From Alphaproteobacteria bacterium (lineage in GTDB: Bacteria; Pseudomonadota; Alphaproteobacteria; JBFXJJ01), in NCBI GenBank assembly GCA_050175015.1, contig JBFXJJ010000004.1, positions 1 to 64,000 on the forward strand: DNA of 64,000 bases. Direction: 5' to 3'. Positions within the stretch are counted from its first letter, which is position 1. Every line of letters starts with the position of its first letter. The notes under the pieces were generated by a model that was not told the origin of the DNA, ran no database searches, and saw only the letters and a list, made by a program, of their open reading frames with translations. A program made the position numbers and the translations under genes. Of the stretch, positions 1-7,775 are shown in pieces.

Positions 1-75
1 GGCGATTTAAATAAAAAGGAGGTGATAAATAGAAATTTAAAAAAACTTTGCAAGAACAAACCCTGATTTAAAAAA

Positions 76-127
76 CGAGGGATTCCTTAAATGACCTAAA
101 TCTTTAAGAAATCTCTCGCTTTTTTTG
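76..127 (+). terminator. Probable intrinsic terminator of an upstream + strand gene
   Basis: Imperfect inverted repeat CGAGGGATTCCTTAAA (76-91) / TTTAAGAAATCTCTCG (103-118) followed by a T run (120-127). Confidence 0.5.
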
Positions 128-361
128 TGGTGTTTAGTGCCTTTTGCGACTAGTTGTTTGCTCTTGTTTTGCCTTGCGGCTAAGTCTTAATAAACACTTT
201 TTACTTTTGTAAGACTAAAATCAAAACTTTTTTATATTGTCATAACAGATATAATTAAACGCAAAATACTCTAAGTAAAATATGCGTTATAAGAGATTAA
301 AACCTTTACTATTTATCTCCTTAGCAAACGCGGCATCTTTGTTTACCTCCCATATAAAACA

Positions 362-393
362 AAAAAGGAGAAGCTTTAAAACTTCTCCTTTTT
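362..393 (-). terminator. Intrinsic terminator of the hydCBA operon
   Basis: Perfect inverted repeat AAAAAGGAGAAG / CTTCTCCTTTTT about 27 nt downstream of the hydA stop; the A run gives a U tail on the minus strand. Confidence 0.8.
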
Positions 394-419
394 CTTATTT
401 TTAAAAGTTATTTTAAAAA

Positions 420-2195
420 TTAACGTCTATATGTTGGACGTGCCGTATAGTGAGTATGAAGCAGTTTATGTGCTTTTCCACTAAGAGGTTTTTCCAAAAA
501 TTCGTTATAAAGTTTCTGAACTGATGGATTTTCGTGTGAACGACGCAATTCATAACCTCTATCTTCATTAAGAAGCCCTTCTGCACGCATCTGTCTAATT
601 TGATTAGTGATGCCATGAGAACCACTTTTACCAAGTGCGATTGCTCTTGGCTGACCACCACCAGAAACACAACCTCCAGGGCAAGCCATAACCTCAACAA
701 AGTGATAAGCAGGTTCTTCACCAGCTTCTTTAGCGGCTCTAATTTTGTTCATAACTTTTTCAACGTTGCCTGTTCCGTGAGCCACAGCAATACGAACTGT
801 TTTGCCTGCGACATTCACTTCCATTTCTTTAACGCCTTCAAGTCCTTGAATTTCTTTGAACTCGCCATCAACTAGTTCATCACCAGTTATTACTTTATAA
901 GCTGTTCTAAGTGCTGCGGTCATAACACCGCCCGTTGTTCCAAAGATTGTACCTGCTCCAGTATATTCGCCAAGTGGAGAATCTGCTTCTTCATCTTCAA
1001 GATCCGCAAATCTAATTCCAGCTTGTTTAATCATGCGAGCAAGTTCTCTCGTTGTTAAGGAAATGTCAACATCTTGGAAACCACTAGCATACATATCATC
1101 ATTGCGTAAAATTTCATATTTTTTAGCAATACAAGGCATAATAGAAACCACAACAATCTTAGATGGATCTACACCGATTTTTTCTGCATAGTAAGTTTTA
1201 GTTAAAACACCAACTATCTCGTGTGGAGATTTACAACTAGAGAAGTGTGGGATCATATCACTATGGAATTTTTCCATGAAATCAACCCAAGCTGGACAAC
1301 AGCTGGTAATTAATGGAAGTTCACCTTTACCGTGCATAAATCTTTCGATAAATTCTGAACCTTCTTCCATAATGGTTACATCAGCACCATAGTTAGTATC
1401 GAACACAGCCTTAAAGCCCATACGGCGTAAAGCTGCATATAATTTACCTGTTAAGTTAGTACCAGGTTCGAAACCAAAGTCTTCACCAATAGCAACCCTA
1501 ACGGCAGGAGCAATCTGAACAACACAGTATTTATCCTGATCCATAAGAGTTTTCCAAACTCTATCACCTTCATCATATTCGGTAATTGCACCAACAGGGC
1601 AATAAGCAGAACACTGTCCGCAACGAATGCAAGGTGAATCTGCCAAAGGAATCCCTCCAGCTGGTGATATTCTGGTATCAAGACCCCTCTCAAGGAAGCT
1701 TAATGCCCAAACATTTTGGCGGTTTTGACATACTTCAACACAACGGCCACAGCTGATGCATTTTTCTGGATTAAGAACTAACGCACGGGTAGATGTGTCG
1801 GTTTCTTTTTTGGTAACTAAAGAAGGAAAACTTTCTTGCCTGATACCAAAATCTTCTGCAAGATTTTGTAATTCACAACGACCATTTCTAATACAAGTTA
1901 AACATTCATTAGGGTGATTGCTTAAAATCATTTCAATAATAGTTTTGCGAACTTCAACAATTTCAGGATCAAAAGTTGCAACTTCCATACCATTTTCAAG
2001 TGGTGTACAACAGGAACGAACCAAATTAGGCCTACCCTTTATCCTAACCAAACAAATACCACAAGCAGCAGTTGGCGGAAGATCTGGGTGATGACATAAT
2101 GTCGGAATTTCAATGGTTGCCTGACGAGCAGCTTCAAGTATAGTTGTTCCTTCTGCTACTTCGACATCGATATTATCAATGCGAGCTTTTATCAT
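420..2195 (-). CDS. hydA: [FeFe]-hydrogenase catalytic subunit (group A3-type, trimeric)
   Basis: H-cluster motifs L1 TSCCPAW, L2 MPCIAKKYE and L3 EVMACPGGCVSGGGQP. N-terminal 2Fe-2S (IPTLC...ACGIC...SC), His-ligated 4Fe-4S (HPNECLTC...C) and two CxxCxxCxxxC ferredoxin motifs. Confidence 0.97.
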   Translation of the reverse strand: MIKARIDNIDVEVAEGTTILEAARQATIEIPTLCHHPDLPPTAACGICLVRIKGRPNLVRSCCTPLENGMEVATFDPEIVEVRKTIIEMILSNHPNECLTCIRNGRCELQNLAEDFGIRQESFPSLVTKKETDTSTRALVLNPEKCISCGRCVEVCQNRQNVWALSFLERGLDTRISPAGGIPLADSPCIRCGQCSAYCPVGAITEYDEGDRVWKTLMDQDKYCVVQIAPAVRVAIGEDFGFEPGTNLTGKLYAALRRMGFKAVFDTNYGADVTIMEEGSEFIERFMHGKGELPLITSCCPAWVDFMEKFHSDMIPHFSSCKSPHEIVGVLTKTYYAEKIGVDPSKIVVVSIMPCIAKKYEILRNDDMYASGFQDVDISLTTRELARMIKQAGIRFADLEDEEADSPLGEYTGAGTIFGTTGGVMTAALRTAYKVITGDELVDGEFKEIQGLEGVKEMEVNVAGKTVRIAVAHGTGNVEKVMNKIRAAKEAGEEPAYHFVEVMACPGGCVSGGGQPRAIALGKSGSHGITNQIRQMRAEGLLNEDRGYELRRSHENPSVQKLYNEFLEKPLSGKAHKLLHTHYTARPTYRR

Positions 2196-2224
2196 TAATT
2201 TAATCTCCTCAATATCTTCAATTT

Positions 2225-3901
2225 CTATTCTTCATTATCTACAATTCTTTCTAAATACTCATCTTCAAAGTATTGAAGTGTAGAAAGAATAGGATTTGGG
2301 GTTGTCTGTCCTAGCCCGCACAAGGAACCTTTTTTCATAGCGATAGCAAGCCTTTTTAAGGTCTCAATATCTTTTTTAGTTCCTTTTCTCTCAGAGATTC
2401 TGGTCAAAATCTTGAGCATTTGAGTACCACCTATACGGCAAGGTGCACATTTACCACAAGATTCTTCGACTGCGAAACCAAGATAAAATTTAGCAATCTC
2501 AACTAAACTATCATCTTCGTCCATAACAATCATACCGCCAGAGCCCATAATTGAGCCAACTTCTTTTAGCTTATCATAACAAACAGGCATATCGTGCAGC
2601 CTTTCAGGAATAACTCCTCCTGATGGACCACCTGTCTGAACAGCCTTAATCTTTTTATCGCCTGTACATCCGCCACCAATATTCTTAACAATATTGTTAA
2701 TTGACATACCCATTGGAACTTCAACCAAACCACCGTGCTTAACTCTACCTGTCAGAGCAAAAACTTTAGTGCCTTTGCTAGCCTGAGTTCCTATTGAAGA
2801 ATACCATTCTGAACCAAAAGAAATAATCTTTGCAACATTAGCGAACGTTTCAACATTATTAATACAAGAAGGCATATTCCACAAACCTTTATCTGTTGGA
2901 TAAGGTGGACGTGGACGTGGAGTTCCTCTTTTGCCCTCAATAGAAGCAATAAGAGCAGTTTCTTCACCACAAACGAATGCCCCAGCACCAAGTCTTACTT
3001 CACAATCAAAGTCAAAACCTGTGCCTAAAATATTCTTGCCTAAAAGGTTGAGCCTGCGAGCTTGTTTAATAGCATTATTGATACGTTCAACAGCCAAAGG
3101 ATATTCTGCTCTAATGTAAAGCCAGCCTTGAGTTGCCAACTGAGCATAACCAGCAATAATCATACCTTCTAAAACAGCATGCGGGTCTCCCTCAAGGATA
3201 CCAGAATCCATATAAGCTCCTGGATCGCCCTCATCGCCATTACAAATAACAAATTTTTCTTCGCCTTTGCTCTTACTAGCGAATTCCCATTTTAAACCAG
3301 TTGGGAAACCGCCGCCACCACGTCCTCTTAAACCACTTTTTTTGATTTCATCAACAACTTCTGATGGTTTCATTTTGGTTAGAACTTTTTTGAGTCCAGC
3401 ATAACCACCATGAGCAATATAATCATCAATGCTTTCTGGGTTTATTTTACCAACATTAGACAACACAACTTTAGTTTGTTCTGCAAAAAATGGCATTTTT
3501 AATGATAACGTATGTTCCATTAAAAAAGGAGGAACTTCAAAAACTTCGCCTTCTCCAACTTTGCTTGCAGGTATAATATGCTCTGCAACAATAAGTCTTG
3601 CGATTAAAGGTTTTACTGTTTTGTAAAGAACAGGCTCCTGCCCTTTTACCTCAACTCTTACCAATGGTCCTTCAGCACAAAGTCCCATACAACCAGCTGG
3701 GCATATATCAACTTTATCTTCAAGATTATATACTTTTAAACAATCATTGAATGCGTCAAGAACGCTGATTCCCTGAGCAGAACGACAGCTTGTGCTATTA
3801 CAGCAAAAAACACGACAAACGAAATTATCTTCTTTTGCGATTTGCTCTTTAGCTATTTCTTCTAATGTCTTGCTGGGAGCTTTTTTATTTACTTCTTCCA
3901 T
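2225..3901 (-). CDS. hydB: NuoF-like NADH/FMN-binding hydrogenase subunit, short form without the C-terminal 2x[4Fe-4S] domain
   Basis: GLRGRGGGGFPTG, NGDEGDPGAYMD, GAGAFVCGEETAL, SLBB GGPSGG and ESCGKCAPC...SLCGLG motifs; N-terminal thioredoxin-like 2Fe-2S domain (CNSTSC...GCMGLC). Confidence 0.93.
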   Translation of the reverse strand: MEEVNKKAPSKTLEEIAKEQIAKEDNFVCRVFCCNSTSCRSAQGISVLDAFNDCLKVYNLEDKVDICPAGCMGLCAEGPLVRVEVKGQEPVLYKTVKPLIARLIVAEHIIPASKVGEGEVFEVPPFLMEHTLSLKMPFFAEQTKVVLSNVGKINPESIDDYIAHGGYAGLKKVLTKMKPSEVVDEIKKSGLRGRGGGGFPTGLKWEFASKSKGEEKFVICNGDEGDPGAYMDSGILEGDPHAVLEGMIIAGYAQLATQGWLYIRAEYPLAVERINNAIKQARRLNLLGKNILGTGFDFDCEVRLGAGAFVCGEETALIASIEGKRGTPRPRPPYPTDKGLWNMPSCINNVETFANVAKIISFGSEWYSSIGTQASKGTKVFALTGRVKHGGLVEVPMGMSINNIVKNIGGGCTGDKKIKAVQTGGPSGGVIPERLHDMPVCYDKLKEVGSIMGSGGMIVMDEDDSLVEIAKFYLGFAVEESCGKCAPCRIGGTQMLKILTRISERKGTKKDIETLKRLAIAMKKGSLCGLGQTTPNPILSTLQYFEDEYLERIVDNEE

Positions 3902-3922
3902 ATCTTGTCCTAATGCTCCTTT

Positions 3923-4414
3923 TTAGTTTTGTTCATCATTGGCGAGCTTTTCGCGCCATTCATCAATTATTCCACGAACATCGCTAGGTTTAACCTTACC
4001 ATAAGTTTTACCATTGATAACAACCACTGGAGATAAACCACAGCAACCAACGCAACGTACACTTTGCAAGTGAAAAAGTTTATCTGGAGTTGATTGACCT
4101 TCTGAAACTCCGAGGTCTTTGCTAAATTCTTCTAAAATTTCTTCAGCGCCCTTTAAGTGGCAAGCCGTACCTAAACAACATGAAATAACTGCTTTTCCTG
4201 GAGCCTCAAGTTTGAAATAATTATAAAAAGTTAAAACTTCATAAATTCGTGCTAGAGGTACACCCATTTCGACTGCAACCTCTTGAGCTACCTCCCATGG
4301 AACATAGCCTCTAAGGCCTTGAATTTCATGCAGAGCCATAATAAGAGCTCCGCGTTTTTTCTTCCACTTCTTAACAGCTGTTGCTGTTCCAGAGGTTGGC
4401 GGTGTTGTATTCAT
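3923..4414 (-). CDS. hydC: NuoE-like 2Fe-2S hydrogenase subunit
   Basis: LHEIQ...GY, VLTFYNYF and CLGTAC...CVGCC motifs; first gene of the hydCBA operon. Confidence 0.93.
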   Translation of the reverse strand: MNTTPPTSGTATAVKKWKKKRGALIMALHEIQGLRGYVPWEVAQEVAVEMGVPLARIYEVLTFYNYFKLEAPGKAVISCCLGTACHLKGAEEILEEFSKDLGVSEGQSTPDKLFHLQSVRCVGCCGLSPVVVINGKTYGKVKPSDVRGIIDEWREKLANDEQN

Positions 4415-4789
4415 TGCTATTCTCTTCCTTTAATCTTTAATGTTATTAAAGCAAACTTATCTTTTTTTCGAAAATATCGACATTATATAAATCTAATTTT
4501 CTATTATCTTAAAAAAATCGAATCTATAAAAAGCGACTTAAGATAATTGGCATATTATTACAACTAAAACATATTAAGTGTAAAGCAATAACCTTATTTT
4601 AAAATGGTATTTTTGCCAATTTTTTACCTTTGATTTTTTATTTTGTATCGCTCAAAACTGTTGGCTATTCACAAAATTCTTTAGTTTTTCCTTATGAAAA
4701 TCAAGCCTTATTTTATTTTATATTTTTTGAAAATTTCGCTTTGATTTTTATCTATGGGCTGTTAAAATAAGGCGAATCTGGTAAAGAAA

Positions 4790-4831
4790 ATCGATAAAAA
4801 TATATCGATATTTTGTTATCGATAAAAATAC
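4790..4831. promoter_or_regulatory. Candidate operator: three ATCGAT palindromes at 14-bp spacing
   Basis: ATCGAT at 4790, 4804 and 4818 (ATCGATAAAAATAT ATCGATATTTTGTT ATCGATAAAAATAC) in the divergent hydC/argG intergenic region. Confidence 0.35.
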
Positions 4832-5003
4832 ATCTATTACACCCGCCCCTAGTATCTTTTTTATAAAGATAAAAACAACCTCTTTAAAAAAAGATTTTTT
4901 ATTGGCTAAAAAACACTGGTATTTACGGGAATTCGCTGATATTTAATTGAATGCTCAAATACTATTTTATAATTAACTGCATATAGATTTTTAAGGAAAA
5001 AAT

Positions 5004-6245
5004 ATGACAACGAAAGAAAAAGTAATTCTAGCATATTCTGGAGGTCTCGACACCTCTATTATTTTAAAATGGCTTGTAAATAAAAATTATGATGTTATCG
5101 CTTTCATTGCTAACGTCGGACAAAAAGATAACTTTGAAGAAGCAAAAGCTAAGGCATTAAAAATTGGCGCTTCCAAAGTTTATATTGAAGATTTGCGTCA
5201 TGAATTGGTAACTGATTATATCTTCCCAACCATTCAAGCTAACGCCATTTATGAAAACCGCTATCTGCTAGGAACGGCCGTTGCCAGACCTTTAATCGCA
5301 AAGAAGCAGATTGAAATTGCGATAAAAGAAAATGCGGCTTATGTTTCTCACGGCGCAACAGGAAAAGGCAATGACCAAGTTCGTTTTGAACTCGGATATT
5401 ATGCATTAAAACCAGACATAAAGGTTCTTGCCCCTTGGAAGATGCGTTGTTTCCTTGACGAATTCAAAGGACGCTCTGATATGTTAAAATATGCAGAGAA
5501 ATATGACATTCCTGTAACCGCTACCAAATCTAAACCTTATTCTGAAGATGAAAATCTGCTTCATATATCTCATGAAGCAGGCATCCTTGAAGACCCTTCT
5601 GCCATTTGTAAGGAAGAAATATATTGCCTAACTGTTTCACCAGAAAATGCTCCTGACAAACCAACTTTTATTGAAATCACTTTCAAAGACGGCGCTCCAA
5701 TAGAAGTTCTTAACAAAGAAGATGGAACAACAAAAACCGATCCTTTAGAACTGTTTTTATATTTAAATAAACTTGGCTCTGAAAATGGTATTGGACGTCT
5801 TGATATGGTTGAAAACCGTTTTGTTGGCATCAAGTCTAGGGGCGTTTATGAAACACCAGGCGGAGCAATTTTACACGCAGCCCATAGAGACCTTGAAGGC
5901 ATAGCTATGGATAGAGAAGTTATGAGACTTAGAGATATGCTTGCTGCCAAAATTTCGGAGCTTATCTACAACGGTTTTTGGTTTAGTCCTGAAATGGATA
6001 TGTTAATGGCAGCAATAAACCAGACTCAAGATGTTATTGACGGCACGGTCACCTTGAAACTTTATAAAGGCAATGCCTACCCTGTATGCCGCACCAGCCC
6101 GTCATCTTTATATGATGAAAAACTATCATCTATGGACGTTGAAGGTGGTTATAATCAAGAAGATGCTCAAGGTTTTATTCGAATTAACGCTATTCGTTTA
6201 AAAGCTCACAATGTTATTCTTAACCGCAGAAAAGCAAAGAAGTAA
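5004..6245 (+). CDS. argG: Argininosuccinate synthase
   Basis: [24 protein letters not shown] and [17 protein letters not shown] motifs; SD AAGGA upstream. Confidence 0.97.
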   Translation: MTTKEKVILAYSGGLDTSIILKWLVNKNYDVIAFIANVGQKDNFEEAKAKALKIGASKVYIEDLRHELVTDYIFPTIQANAIYENRYLLGTAVARPLIAKKQIEIAIKENAAYVSHGATGKGNDQVRFELGYYALKPDIKVLAPWKMRCFLDEFKGRSDMLKYAEKYDIPVTATKSKPYSEDENLLHISHEAGILEDPSAICKEEIYCLTVSPENAPDKPTFIEITFKDGAPIEVLNKEDGTTKTDPLELFLYLNKLGSENGIGRLDMVENRFVGIKSRGVYETPGGAILHAAHRDLEGIAMDREVMRLRDMLAAKISELIYNGFWFSPEMDMLMAAINQTQDVIDGTVTLKLYKGNAYPVCRTSPSSLYDEKLSSMDVEGGYNQEDAQGFIRINAIRLKAHNVILNRRKAKK

Positions 6246-6246
6246 T

Positions 6247-7581
6247 ATGAGCGCTGAAAACAAACCAACACAGGCAATCTGGGGGGGGCGGTTTAGCACT
6301 GCTCCCTCAGATTTAATGAAAGCAATTAATGTTTCAATCGATTTTGATAAAAGATTATGCCTGCACGATTTAAAAGGCTCTAAAGCTCACTGCGAAATGT
6401 TAATCGCTCAAAATATTATCGAACAAGAAGATGGCAGTAAAATTCTTGATGGCTTAAATCAAATTGAAAAGGAACTAAACAATGGTTCTTTTCCTTTTCG
6501 AAGTGAGTTTGAAGATATTCATATGAATATTGAAGCAAGACTAAAAGAAATCATAGGTGATAGTGCTGGCAGGCTTCACACAGCCCGCTCCCGCAACGAT
6601 CAGGTTGCTACAAGTTTTAGATTATGGCTTAAAGATGCCATTATAATATTAGATGGCAAATTAAATTCTTATATCAAAAATCTTCAAAAATTAGCTAAAA
6701 AACATAAAAATACTGTTATGCCAGGTTTTACGCATCTGCAAATAGCGCAGCCTATAACTTTTGCTTGGCAGTTAGAAGCTTATATTGAAATGGCTAAAAG
6801 AGACAAATCAAGATTAAAAGATTGTCTAAACCGTCTTAACGAATGCCCTTTAGGAGCAGCAGCCTTATCTGGGACATCTTTCCCGATTAATCGTGAAATG
6901 ACAGCTAAAAGACTTGGCTTTAAACGTCCTATGCCTAACACTCTTGATGCTGTTTCTGCTAGGGACTTTGCCTTAGAATTTCTTGCAGCCTCAAGTATCC
7001 TTGGCATAAATCTTTCACGATTAGCTGAAGAAATAATATTGTTTTCATCATCTAGTTTTAACTTTATTCAATTAAGCGACAGCCTGACCACTGGCAGTTC
7101 TATAATGCCGCAGAAAAAAAATCCTGACGGAGCGGAACTTATCAGGGCAAAAACAGGCAGACTTGCAGGAAACTTTATAACCCTAGCAACGGTTATGAAA
7201 GCATTGCCTCTAGCTTATAATAAAGATATGCAAGAAGACAAACCTCCAGTATTTGAATCTTTTGACATTTTGTGTTTAAGCCTTGATGTAATGTCCGAAA
7301 TGATAAAAACCCTAAAGGTTAACAAAAAAGCTATGCGTAATATGGCAGAAAAAGGCTATTCAACGGCAACCGAGCTTGCGGACTGGCTGGTCAAGGAATT
7401 GAAACTGCCATTTAGAAAAGCTCATCATATCACAGGAGCGATTGTTAAACTGGCAGAAAGTCAGCAAAAGCAGCTGCAAGATTTATCTTTAGAGCAATTA
7501 CAAGAGATAGAACCCAAAATTCACAGTGGCATTTATGATGCTCTTAGCATTGATGGCGCCATTAAAGCTCGACGTGGTTGA
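6247..7581 (+). CDS. argH: Argininosuccinate lyase
   Basis: WGGRF, LHTARSRNDQ, MPGFTHLQ, GSSIMPQKKNPD and YNKDMQEDK motifs. Start moved to ATG 6247, just after the argG stop (ORF track gives 6211). Confidence 0.95.
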   Translation: MSAENKPTQAIWGGRFSTAPSDLMKAINVSIDFDKRLCLHDLKGSKAHCEMLIAQNIIEQEDGSKILDGLNQIEKELNNGSFPFRSEFEDIHMNIEARLKEIIGDSAGRLHTARSRNDQVATSFRLWLKDAIIILDGKLNSYIKNLQKLAKKHKNTVMPGFTHLQIAQPITFAWQLEAYIEMAKRDKSRLKDCLNRLNECPLGAAALSGTSFPINREMTAKRLGFKRPMPNTLDAVSARDFALEFLAASSILGINLSRLAEEIILFSSSSFNFIQLSDSLTTGSSIMPQKKNPDGAELIRAKTGRLAGNFITLATVMKALPLAYNKDMQEDKPPVFESFDILCLSLDVMSEMIKTLKVNKKAMRNMAEKGYSTATELADWLVKELKLPFRKAHHITGAIVKLAESQQKQLQDLSLEQLQEIEPKIHSGIYDALSIDGAIKARRG

Positions 7582-7649
7582 ATACTTTTAAGGCAAAAAC
7601 CTTTTGCTTTAAAATGATTAAATTTAAACAAACAGTGTTACAAAATAAA

Positions 7650-7676
7650 AAAAGCCCCCTTTTTATGGGGGCTTTT
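7650..7676. terminator. Bidirectional intrinsic terminator between argH and rne
   Basis: AAAAGCCCCC / GGGGGCTTTT inverted repeat between convergent genes. Confidence 0.8.
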
Positions 7677-7775
7677 CCTTTTTATATTTTATTTGTGTAG
7701 CTAAGAGGGAAACAATCCTTAAAAATGACCGAATTTGAATTTATCTAAAAGACGTATTCCCTTTAGCTATATTTT

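Noticed and set aside
15-27. AAAGGAGGTGAT, the reverse complement of the 16S rRNA 3' end (a perfect SD)
   Set aside because: The flanking sequence is AT-rich and shows no rRNA similarity, and no start codon follows at SD distance.
2225-4414. nuoE/nuoF of respiratory complex I
   Set aside because: They are in an operon with an H-cluster protein, HydB has an N-terminal thioredoxin-like 2Fe-2S domain, and no other nuo genes are present.
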